48,719 nt of DNA from sequence record MZ634345.1. The stretch is one strand, 5' to 3'. Positions 37,968 to 45,983 of the stretch are shown here, piece by piece. The notes under the pieces are model-generated. The model made no database searches. It was given only the letters and a program-made list of their open reading frames with translations, and was not told the origin of the DNA. How positions within the stretch are numbered: position 1 is the first letter of the stretch; every line of letters begins with the position of its first letter. Source of the stretch: Klebsiella phage PWKp14. The position numbers were made by a program, and so were the translations under genes.

Positions 37968-38549
37968 TTATAATTTTAATGCAACATCTGAAACCATATC
38001 AAGGATTTTTTGCGCGTCGTCTTCCGGCTCGCCAGTGGTCATATCAAAATCAAGCTCGTGATACGTGTCGCAAATAAGATCCGGGCGTCGAATATGCTTG
38101 CGGCTATCACCCTCAAAGGTCATGCCGTCACGATGAAGGCGGACGACAAATACGTTAAGCGCCTCATGCGCTGCGACGTGCTCCACCTCCTCATCGAAGC
38201 CGCCGTCGCTGACGATGCAGTTAAACGGCGAAGTTAGCGCCGAATCGCAAAGCAACTTGCCGAACTGATTTTTGCCCAGGGTCGGCTTGACGAAATTTTC
38301 GCTAATGTGAATCATGAATTCACGAGGAGAACGGTCGCCCAAAAAATCGCATTTCACTTCTTTGTGCTTGCGGTCGTGGTATCTGGCAGTAAAGCGTGCA
38401 AAATCAGCCGACCCCAGCACAGCACGAGCAATGGCAAACATCGGCTGTTTGAAGCTAAGGTTCTTGTATTGCCACTTCCGCGAGATGATTTCCGCGATAG
38501 TGTCCTTTCCGATGCCAGGTGCTCCGTTGAGGATGATTACGTTTTTCAT
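37968..38549 (-). CDS. Deoxynucleoside monophosphate kinase-like
   Basis: P-loop MKNVIILNGAPGIGKDTIAE. Confidence 0.78.
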   Translation of the reverse strand: MKNVIILNGAPGIGKDTIAEIISRKWQYKNLSFKQPMFAIARAVLGSADFARFTARYHDRKHKEVKCDFLGDRSPREFMIHISENFVKPTLGKNQFGKLLCDSALTSPFNCIVSDGGFDEEVEHVAAHEALNVFVVRLHRDGMTFEGDSRKHIRRPDLICDTYHELDFDMTTGEPEDDAQKILDMVSDVALKL

Positions 38550-39034
38550 TTGTCTACTCCGTGAGATTTTAAATGATCTTGAAGATTGTCGCCGTAGTCG
38601 CAGACCTGGTAAGTCGTGATACCCAGGCCGCGCAAGTGCGCAATAACATTGGGTGAATCATCCCATGCCGCAACAATGCGATCAAGTCCGATTTTGCGTA
38701 ACTCCTCCTCCTTGATTACCGTGTCTTTACGGTTATCGCTGGCGCGGCGCATGATTAGGCTGTCATATTTCACCCCGTAGCGGTCAAGCCAAATCATTGT
38801 TTCGGTCTTCACCTCATCGGATCGGCCAGTCAGGATGATAACTGTCATTCCGGATCGATAAAGCGCATTCGCCACGTCAATAGTGCTTTGGATTGGGCTG
38901 TCTCCAATTGACGCGCCATTAAATTCGCTCCAACTTTCTGTAAGGTGGAGATCTTTTTTCGGCAGCAGGTGCAAGCGGTGGGTTCCGTCGGAAAGCGTGC
39001 CATCGAGATCGAAAATGCAGATATTTCTATTCAT
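38546..39034 (-). CDS. HAD-family phosphatase (polynucleotide kinase 3'-phosphatase-like)
   Basis: ICIFDLDGTLSDG, IILTGRSD, AAWDDSPNV. Confidence 0.8.
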   Translation of the reverse strand: MNRNICIFDLDGTLSDGTHRLHLLPKKDLHLTESWSEFNGASIGDSPIQSTIDVANALYRSGMTVIILTGRSDEVKTETMIWLDRYGVKYDSLIMRRASDNRKDTVIKEEELRKIGLDRIVAAWDDSPNVIAHLRGLGITTYQVCDYGDNLQDHLKSHGVDK

Positions 39035-39071
39035 CGGTTTTCCTTATTGGCCCCTCGCGGGGCCGTTGTGG

Positions 39072-40202
39072 TTACATGTTCGGGCGGTAGATAAAGCGGC
39101 CTACTTCGCCATATTCTTTGCTGTACAGAATCACCGCAGCCTGGCGGTATGAACGCCACCCACCTCGTGCGGCGTAGGCATCTTTGGCCCCTAACTGGCC
39201 ATGCACTTCGTCAATTCCTAACGAGTGTTCCGTTACAGTCTGGTGATGCCAGTGGCCGGAATGCGTGTAAATGTAGTCGCACTGGCCGAACTCCTTACGG
39301 AAGTCGGTAGCCATCGCAGCAAGGCGCGTTTCCGGCTTTTTCATCGTGTGGCCATGCGTATAGCCCAGCATGGTTTTGCCCCACAAGGTGCGATGCAGGA
39401 TCGCCGGACTAACATCAACGAAAACGCGTGGTTCATTCTCATAGAACGCCGCCAGCGCTGCGCGTAGCCAAATCATCCCGGCCTGGTCGTGGTTTCCTTC
39501 GATCACCTGCACTTCAACTTCTGCGTGATTGTTAAGCAGTAGCGACACTGCGCGACGCAGCGAACGAATGGCAACATAAACAAGTTTTGCGTATCGGCTA
39601 TCCTGATCGAGAACGTGACCGCTTGCCGGGGTTACTGCGTCCAGTCCGTCACTGTGAAGGAAGTCACCGCCGACCAACAAAACCGCCTTTTGTGATTGCG
39701 GGGCCACCGACACGGAATAATCAAAGAAGCGGTTTAGAACCTTCTCAGCCGTGCTGGTGTCATAGTTCTCGCCGCATTCGTGCTTGTGCGCCATCGCCCC
39801 GATATGCAAGTCGAAGATCGGGTACAGGGCAAGCTGATCTTCAATGTAGAACTTCGATTCATCCAGCGGTTGCGGTTCGGCTCGCGGAAGGTCTTCGCAG
39901 AAAGCCGCCTGCGCTGCCTCCATAAGCGCGACCATGCGATCGCGGTCTACTTCCGACTTAACCCACCGAACGACCTCGGAGCCGTCCGCGCGAATCATCG
40001 TCGACGTGCCTTTGACGCCGAAGCCATCAGGGATATGCTTCGCAACGTGGGCGTTTCCGTGTAGGTGTCCTTGTCGCGCAAGGCGAACGCCGCGACGTTC
40101 AACGCTTCGAATGTTCATGCCGAACTCTTCCGCGATCTCGCGGTAGGTTTTGCCTTCCTCGCGGGCGGCTAAAAATTCTTCGTCTGTGATTTTAGGTGAC
40201 AT
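39072..40202 (-). CDS. Calcineurin-like metallophosphoesterase with N-terminal HTH
   Basis: KTYREIAEEFGMNIRSVERRG (HTH), DLHIG, GGDFLH, GNHD, GHTH. Confidence 0.8.
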   Translation of the reverse strand: MSPKITDEEFLAAREEGKTYREIAEEFGMNIRSVERRGVRLARQGHLHGNAHVAKHIPDGFGVKGTSTMIRADGSEVVRWVKSEVDRDRMVALMEAAQAAFCEDLPRAEPQPLDESKFYIEDQLALYPIFDLHIGAMAHKHECGENYDTSTAEKVLNRFFDYSVSVAPQSQKAVLLVGGDFLHSDGLDAVTPASGHVLDQDSRYAKLVYVAIRSLRRAVSLLLNNHAEVEVQVIEGNHDQAGMIWLRAALAAFYENEPRVFVDVSPAILHRTLWGKTMLGYTHGHTMKKPETRLAAMATDFRKEFGQCDYIYTHSGHWHHQTVTEHSLGIDEVHGQLGAKDAYAARGGWRSYRQAAVILYSKEYGEVGRFIYRPNM

Positions 40203-40205
40203 AAT

Positions 40206-40283
40206 TTATCCCAATTGAATTGCGTAGTTAAAGATTGCGATAGTGAGAACCACCGCCGTAATCAGGATCGCAATATATCGCAT
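40206..40283 (-). CDS. 25-aa hydrophobic micro-peptide not in the supplied ORF track
   Basis: MRYIAILITAVVLTIAIFNYAIQLG* with GGAG at about 8 nt upstream. Confidence 0.5.
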   Translation of the reverse strand: MRYIAILITAVVLTIAIFNYAIQLG

Positions 40284-40297
40284 TCTCAACACTCCCG

Positions 40298-40549
40298 CTA
40301 CTTGTAATATTTCTTCTGCTGCTTCGACTCGTGGATGAACATCTTCAGCGCGTCCGCCTCCGCTCGCGTTGCTACTGCTATTCGCGTGCGCTTCACCGGG
40401 CGCTCGTGTAGATAGGTGAGCTTCCCACCAAAGATAATTGATATATCTTTGATATCGAAATACTTTGCGATCTTCACGATATCATCACTTATTCCAGCCT
40501 CTTTTGCGTGCTGCCATACGGCAGCGCGACCAGTCTCGACAATCATCAT
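40298..40549 (-). CDS. Hypothetical early protein
   Basis: 83 aa. Confidence 0.55.
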   Translation of the reverse strand: MMIVETGRAAVWQHAKEAGISDDIVKIAKYFDIKDISIIFGGKLTYLHERPVKRTRIAVATRAEADALKMFIHESKQQKKYYK

Positions 40550-40782
40550 TCGTCACCGTAAATGCAAAAACCTTCGGCCATTTGCTCATACATGGCCACA
40601 CTTTCCAGGCCGTAACCTGCGCGAAAATAAATCTCACCGACTACACCATCAAGGCCATTCTCTGAAGGGTTCGCCATGTAGTCTGCCATGCACAGGCGAG
40701 AAAGGTTAACCAGGTGGCTAGATACCACTTGCGCTTTTGCTGGTACGATCTTAATGGTGTCTGCAATAGTTTTGGTTTTCAC
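40546..40782 (-). CDS. Hypothetical early protein
   Basis: 78 aa. Confidence 0.6.
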   Translation of the reverse strand: MKTKTIADTIKIVPAKAQVVSSHLVNLSRLCMADYMANPSENGLDGVVGEIYFRAGYGLESVAMYEQMAEGFCIYGDE

Positions 40783-40812
40783 GGCGTTTGCTCCTGATTG
40801 GTTGATGGTGTA

Positions 40813-40855
40813 ATAATACCCGCGCGCGGCGGGTATTGTTTAGCAATTAGTGCTG
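40813..40855 (-). promoter_or_regulatory. Palindrome promoter module copy 13
   Basis: CAGCA-CTAAT-TGCTA, N22, TATTAT. Confidence 0.78.
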
Positions 40856-41083
40856 TTTTGCGAAATACTCCGCGCCTTCATGAGATTTAAACTCAATCAA
40901 TTCTCGTTCAAGAATTTCTGGCCAGTCAGCAACCGGGATTTCGTTGTCCATGAACTCCATGTAGGTTCCGTCGATGGTGTCAGCAAAGGCTAACTTTTCC
41001 TCATCCGTCCCAATGAAGCCGTATTTGTCCAGCAATTCAACCACGATCCGAAGATACTCGGTGAAAGATTCTATCTGTTCCAT
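40847..41083 (-). CDS. Hypothetical acidic early protein
   Basis: 78 aa. Confidence 0.6.
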   Translation of the reverse strand: MEQIESFTEYLRIVVELLDKYGFIGTDEEKLAFADTIDGTYMEFMDNEIPVADWPEILERELIEFKSHEGAEYFAKQH

Positions 41084-41086
41084 TTT

Positions 41087-41815
41087 TCAGATCCCACGTT
41101 TGCGCATACGCTTTTTAGCTAATGACGGGCAAATCTCGCTTACCGGAATGTAAAGCGTCTTTTGCTCCTCCCCAGGCTTGAGCTTGCGCATGATGAAAAT
41201 AACGCTGCCCTTATTGTTGTTGTCGACTGGCTTCCCGCTTAATCCGTTGATAAAAGCGAGGCGACCGGATCGGCTTAACTGGTTCCCGTCATCATCCTCT
41301 TCAACATCGGCAACAATCCAGATAATCTCGGCGGCCATCTTCTGCGCGTCACGGAACCAGGCAGTAGAATTGTCGCCGGGTAGCAGAATGTCGATCTGGT
41401 TGTCGTGCTCCATTTGCTCAATGGCCTTGAGAATAAACGGATCTGGAAACGAGTAAGGCGGATTCAGCCAAACGTGCTTGTTTTTTCCCCACCAGCGTTT
41501 AAGGCAATCCGTTTTTTCGTCGTAGAACTTCGGGCAAACTGCGTTGCTTTGGTCTGCGGCGGCGTCAAGATCGTAAGGGCCGTAACGCTCTTCCATGTAT
41601 GCGATTAGACTGCGATCGGTCGCCCACTTATCGCGCACGATATCAGGCGTTTTGCTCCCGGCGTATCGGTTGCCTGTTACCTGGTAAAACTTGTCGGGCC
41701 TTACTGCCTGATAGTGTCCGCCAGTAGCAAGGGCATTGCCAATAAACGTTTCGCGCTCCAATTGCTCAAACGTGATGAATGCGTCACGAGTGTCTTTGTC
41801 TGTGATATCTTTCAT
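41087..41815 (-). CDS. DNA N6-adenine methyltransferase (Dam-like)
   Basis: DLDAAADQSNAVCPKFY, HVWLNPPYSFPDPF (NPPY motif). Confidence 0.88.
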   Translation of the reverse strand: MKDITDKDTRDAFITFEQLERETFIGNALATGGHYQAVRPDKFYQVTGNRYAGSKTPDIVRDKWATDRSLIAYMEERYGPYDLDAAADQSNAVCPKFYDEKTDCLKRWWGKNKHVWLNPPYSFPDPFILKAIEQMEHDNQIDILLPGDNSTAWFRDAQKMAAEIIWIVADVEEDDDGNQLSRSGRLAFINGLSGKPVDNNNKGSVIFIMRKLKPGEEQKTLYIPVSEICPSLAKKRMRKRGI

Positions 41816-41920
41816 TTAGAAACCCTTAAAATGACCAGCAAGAGTAATTACCCAAAGGCCGAAGCCAGTGGCCACAATACCAAAACCGATTGATGCGATT
41901 ACCCACAAGAAGTTTTTCAT
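41816..41920 (-). CDS. 34-aa hydrophobic micro-protein not in the supplied ORF track
   Basis: MKNFLWVIASIGFGIVATGFGLWVITLAGHFKGF*, follows promoter module copy 14, abuts Dam. Confidence 0.6.
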   Translation of the reverse strand: MKNFLWVIASIGFGIVATGFGLWVITLAGHFKGF

Positions 41921-41952
41921 GATGTTTCTCCGTCCTTCGTTTCGATGGGGTA

Positions 41953-41995
41953 ATAATACCCGGCTTTCGCCGGGCGTTTTTAACAAAAAGTGCTA
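41953..41995 (-). promoter_or_regulatory. Palindrome promoter module copy 14
   Basis: TAGCA-CTTTT-TGTTA, N22, TATTAT, then TACCCCATCGAAACG. Confidence 0.8.
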
Positions 41996-42400
41996 TTTGA
42001 TGGCATCGCAGAAAGCGATCTTGAATTGCTCGAATCCATATGCCACGGCAGCGAAGCCACCGCGACGGCGAACGGCAGCAAGGAATTCCCTTTGCTCCTT
42101 GCTCACTGGTGACGCCTGCGCCTTGCCCTGGCGCTTTAGCTCGATGGCCGCGAACGGGTATTTGCCGCCGAACCCAATCAGGATCAGAATGTCGCTAACG
42201 CCCTTCAGCAACCCCATTTGATGATCGATAACCGCGCTCGCCTTGTGCTTACTCCCTTCGTTAACCGTGTGCCAGAACAGATAATCAGGGTATTCGTGAC
42301 GCAGCCACGAAACGCTATTCATCTGATCGATTTTCTCAAGCGGGCAAGCCTTCACAGGCCCGCCGTAGTATTCGAGATAATCACCTTTATCAGTAATCAC
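41993..42400 (-). CDS. VRR-NUC / Holliday-junction resolvase-like nuclease
   Basis: 135 aa; ILILIGFGGKYPFAAIELKRQGKAQASPVSKEQREFL. Confidence 0.8.
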   Translation of the reverse strand: MITDKGDYLEYYGGPVKACPLEKIDQMNSVSWLRHEYPDYLFWHTVNEGSKHKASAVIDHQMGLLKGVSDILILIGFGGKYPFAAIELKRQGKAQASPVSKEQREFLAAVRRRGGFAAVAYGFEQFKIAFCDAIK

Positions 42401-44433
42401 TATTCGTCTCCAAAATCTTTGCGTGAAATAATATCTTCCTTCTTGCCGTTAATGCGATGCGTTACGCGCTTCGGCGCTCGGAAGTAATGCGCATTCTCAA
42501 GGATTTTTCGCGCATTCTTCATTCCGCCCAGCTTGCCGCGCATTACTGCGTCGCTAACGTGCTGGAAGACTGCCTTTTGCCGCCACAACTTGCCGCAAAT
42601 CTGATTCTCTGATTCCGGGAAGAACTTTTCCCTTGCTGTGAATCGCTCGCCGTCATGGTTCAGTAACACGTAATTGAAGATGATCCCGGACTGATTGCGA
42701 GTCAAGCCGATATCGAACCCGACAACATCATACCAGTCATTCTGCGTATAGTGCTTCCCGGTGAGATTGTCGTTTGGGTCTTTAAGCTGCACCCCGCAGC
42801 ATCTGCACTGGCGGGCAACAATGTCATTTTCAGCGTAACACCCTTTTACCTTAATCTTCCCTGTTCGCGGGTCTTTCTGGTCTTCGCAGCGCTGCGAGAT
42901 CCAGAAGTATTCGCAACGATTACCGTTGCTGTCTTTGTGGATGCATCGGCGGGCGTACTCGCTATTTTCTCCCTTGCATACCGGGCAAATTTTCGGGCCG
43001 TTCTTGCTGCTCTTACGTCTTTGGTATTGCGCCTGCTCCAAAATCGGATCGAAATACAACTGGCCCAGGTCATCCATTGTTCCGGCAAAATCCCAGACAA
43101 GGTGATCTTCTTTCACCCAAGAGTAAGGCGGCTGTTTTTGCCAGTCCTTTAGAAGTCGCATTCCACGCCCCAAAAGCTGAATAAGCAACGTAAGCGACCC
43201 TATCTTGCGCAATATCACCGAAAAATCCCAAAACGGAACGTTAACGCCAGTGGTTAGGGCCATCACCTGGAAGATGTATTTAATCTCCCCGCGATTCGCC
43301 TTATCCAAAATTTCTCCGCGTTTCTTTGAGTTCGTCTTTTCGGTGATGATCGCGTATGTTGCGTCCGGCGGTAGATAGCTCGCCGCCTCCTTGCAATGCC
43401 GCTGTCCAGCGCAAGTTATCAGGACGCCGTTTCGTGTTTTCGCACGCTCCACGACCTTTTGCATGATCAGCTTCGTCATTTCGCCGGATTCATGGATTTT
43501 CTTTTCCATCTTGCGCAATTCTTCCGCGCTAAAATCCTGCGTACCGTCCTGACTGGAGCCGTGGAATTCTGAAAGATCATAACCCAACCCATCTGCCTCG
43601 GTATCGCCGAAAATGGTGGGAACAACCGATCCGAACTCGACAAGATAGTTTGTGTTAATGTCTGTGATCTGCTCGCGCCAGAATCCAAGCTGCGTTTTGT
43701 CTTCCTGCAAGATGGGAATCACCCCGCGAAACTCCGACCCCGTATAGCCGACGATGCGAAGTTCTCGCCCTGTCTTCTCAAGGCACCTCCGCATTAACTC
43801 ACAAATGACGATGGTGTACTGCGTGCGACCGCCGCCGAATTCTACGTCGTCGAATTTTTCGTCGTATGGGTGGTTGGCATCGACCAGTTCCCCGTTCACG
43901 CGATACGGCTTATCCTTCGGTCGGCTCATGTACTCGAACGATTCATTGTTGGCGATCGCCTCCGCCAGATCTTGCCAGTCAACCTGGTGGCATTCGTCAA
44001 TGGCCAGAACTGAAGGCGCGTAGTCGCCAAGCATTTTAAACAGGCCATTAACCACCGTCCCTTCAGATCCGACGACGATCGGGAAGTATGCGGCCTTTGT
44101 GCCTAACCCGGCGCAATAAACGGAGTTGGGAACATCGAGGTTACTGATCTCCTCGGAATCCTGCTTCACGATCTCGGCCTGGCGAGCAAGAACCATCATG
44201 GGTAAGTTCATTGCCTTGCACTGCGCCGCGAGCATGGCGATCATGATTGTTTTCCCGGCGGAAACCGAAGCCTTAATGTAAAAAGGATGTTCATATTTTG
44301 CGATCCGCTTTGCGGTCTCAATATACGCAACCGCCTGATACGGGTAAGGAACGATATTTCCGACGGTGAACCGCTTTTGTATTAGCGGGATCTTGTCTGC
44401 GTAGGCTTCAATTTGTTGTTCAATTGTGAGCAT
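42400..44433 (-). CDS. SF2 DNA helicase
   Basis: IKASVSAGKTIMIAML, AIDECHQ, QLLGRGMRL; C-terminal Cys cluster. Likely start MLTIEQQIEAY at 44433 rather than 44502. Confidence 0.85.
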   Translation of the reverse strand: MLTIEQQIEAYADKIPLIQKRFTVGNIVPYPYQAVAYIETAKRIAKYEHPFYIKASVSAGKTIMIAMLAAQCKAMNLPMMVLARQAEIVKQDSEEISNLDVPNSVYCAGLGTKAAYFPIVVGSEGTVVNGLFKMLGDYAPSVLAIDECHQVDWQDLAEAIANNESFEYMSRPKDKPYRVNGELVDANHPYDEKFDDVEFGGGRTQYTIVICELMRRCLEKTGRELRIVGYTGSEFRGVIPILQEDKTQLGFWREQITDINTNYLVEFGSVVPTIFGDTEADGLGYDLSEFHGSSQDGTQDFSAEELRKMEKKIHESGEMTKLIMQKVVERAKTRNGVLITCAGQRHCKEAASYLPPDATYAIITEKTNSKKRGEILDKANRGEIKYIFQVMALTTGVNVPFWDFSVILRKIGSLTLLIQLLGRGMRLLKDWQKQPPYSWVKEDHLVWDFAGTMDDLGQLYFDPILEQAQYQRRKSSKNGPKICPVCKGENSEYARRCIHKDSNGNRCEYFWISQRCEDQKDPRTGKIKVKGCYAENDIVARQCRCCGVQLKDPNDNLTGKHYTQNDWYDVVGFDIGLTRNQSGIIFNYVLLNHDGERFTAREKFFPESENQICGKLWRQKAVFQHVSDAVMRGKLGGMKNARKILENAHYFRAPKRVTHRINGKKEDIISRKDFGDE

Positions 44434-44446
44434 GGGCAATCCTAAT

Positions 44447-44474
44447 TTGTCATTCGCATAGTTGCGTGTATAAT
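44447..44474 (+). promoter_or_regulatory. Sigma70-like promoter for the HTH regulator
   Basis: TTGTCA-N16-TATAAT. Confidence 0.6.
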
Positions 44475-44511
44475 ACAGGGAACATTTTATCATGTTTAAC
44501 AAAAAATGCTA
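44470..44511 (-). promoter_or_regulatory. Palindrome promoter module copy 15 (leftward, helicase)
   Basis: TAGCA-TTTTT-TGTTA, N21, TATTAT; -10 overlaps the rightward TATAAT. Confidence 0.65.
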
Positions 44512-44524
44512 TGAGGGTTAAATT

Positions 44525-44926
44525 ATGGAACAAATGGCAAAGGTGGATAAGCGAACCTTGAACGGCAATAACGGAACATCGCGCGGGAAAGATAAGAAGA
44601 AACGCAAGCGACCGACTGGTTACTACGTGCTGAAGGATGAGGTTCGCGCCGGGTTGACTGCGCGGATGGAGCTTGTTATTGATGCCTTCGGTGGCATCGC
44701 GGGAACGGCAAAAGAGTTGGGGGTTAGCATCCAGGTTGTTCAGCAGTGGCGTAAGCGCGGCATGATCTCAGCCGATGGCGCTTATCTCGTACACAAGAGC
44801 TACCGCCGGAACAATTGCAAAGGTTTCCGCGCCTCATTCTGCCGACCAGATTTAAGGTTTGACAGCAACGGCAAGCCAGTGACGCGCCGATGCGACCGCC
44901 GGGAAATGCTCCGCGTAGTCCGATAG
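44525..44926 (+). CDS. HTH transcriptional regulator (Cro/YdaS-like)
   Basis: FGGIAGTAKELGVSIQVVQQWRKRGMISADGA. Confidence 0.72.
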   Translation: MEQMAKVDKRTLNGNNGTSRGKDKKKRKRPTGYYVLKDEVRAGLTARMELVIDAFGGIAGTAKELGVSIQVVQQWRKRGMISADGAYLVHKSYRRNNCKGFRASFCRPDLRFDSNGKPVTRRCDRREMLRVVR

Positions 44927-44966
44927 CACAATTTGACTAAACACTAAACGCCTGCCGGGTTATCAT
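44924..44966 (+). promoter_or_regulatory. Palindrome promoter module copy 16 (variant)
   Basis: TAGCA-CAATT-TGACT, N22, TATCAT; overlaps the regulator stop codon. Confidence 0.65.
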
Positions 44967-45001
44967 TCTCGTGTAGGCGTTTTTTATTTGGAGGTTACGA
45001 T

Positions 45002-45961
45002 GTGGATTTTTACGATGAAAAAGAGGTTTTGCCGTACATGGCTGGCATGTGGCGCGAAGCGTTGCAGAACATTTGCGGCATCCACTCTCGATACTTTAAC
45101 GGCAAGCACCAGGACTGCCCGAACTGCGGCGGCAAAGACCGATTCCGCTGGACTGACAAGTTAGAAACGCGCGGCGACGGCGGCGCATACTGTGGTGGCT
45201 GCGGTGCTGATAAGGGGATCGGCTGGTTAATGAAGTTAAGCGGCCAGCCGTATAGCGAGTGCATCAACATTCTTGGGCGCTATCTCGGCAAGGTTCCGCA
45301 AGAATACGTGATCAAGAGAAACAAGCAGGTAGCTCGTGATAACGGGTATGACTACGGCAAGATGGCAGATCATGAAAGAGTGCTGGCAGTTTTAAACAGA
45401 ACGGAGGCCGTCGATAGCACGCCTGTAACACTCTATGAGGGCATTGAAAATGAGCATATCAAATCATATCAGGTTGGCGTAAAAACTCACGAGAACGGCA
45501 GGCAGGAGCTAATTCACGCACTCCCGATGCAACTCGTGCATGAAGATGGGCCGGATGATGAGTATTGCAATATCCTGTTCATTGATGAAGAAGGCCGGGA
45601 GAAGATGTTAGCTGGCGATCTGACCTTCGGATCGGTGATAGTGACCAATCAGAGCGACGACGGTAACGGGCCGATTTACCTTGCTCGCTCCTGGATTGAG
45701 GCGATGCACTTCAATATTGCCAGTTCGTTCAAGTGCGACGTTTGGGCCTGCATCATACCTTCAAACGTCGAGATCGTGGCGTACAGGTATAAAGGCAAGG
45801 GCGGAGAAGGTAAGCGAGAAATGCGGGTAGTTTGCCGTCGTGGAGATCGGGATATGCTGGCGGCCGCCGACGATAGGGATCTAAAGGTTATCGTTCCGAA
45901 CGGTGACAACTTCAAGCTCGGCTTTGAGCGTAAGTTATACAAGGCATCATCTCTTCTCTGA
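45002..45961 (+). CDS. DNA primase with zinc ribbon
   Basis: CPNCGGKDRFRW...YCGGCGADKG; TOPRIM-like region. Confidence 0.85.
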   Translation: MDFYDEKEVLPYMAGMWREALQNICGIHSRYFNGKHQDCPNCGGKDRFRWTDKLETRGDGGAYCGGCGADKGIGWLMKLSGQPYSECINILGRYLGKVPQEYVIKRNKQVARDNGYDYGKMADHERVLAVLNRTEAVDSTPVTLYEGIENEHIKSYQVGVKTHENGRQELIHALPMQLVHEDGPDDEYCNILFIDEEGREKMLAGDLTFGSVIVTNQSDDGNGPIYLARSWIEAMHFNIASSFKCDVWACIIPSNVEIVAYRYKGKGGEGKREMRVVCRRGDRDMLAAADDRDLKVIVPNGDNFKLGFERKLYKASSLL

Positions 45962-45983
45962 TTAAATATTGACCAGAATTTAG

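Noticed and set aside
44434-44502. N-terminal extension of helicase (MLNMIKCSLYYTRNYAND...)
   Set aside because: It covers the divergent promoter region; ATG 44433 has AGGATT upstream and starts the conserved-looking protein.
44525-44926. HTH gene plus partner as a lysogeny module
   Set aside because: No integrase, excisionase, second repressor or attachment site was recognised; the phage appears strictly lytic from what is visible.
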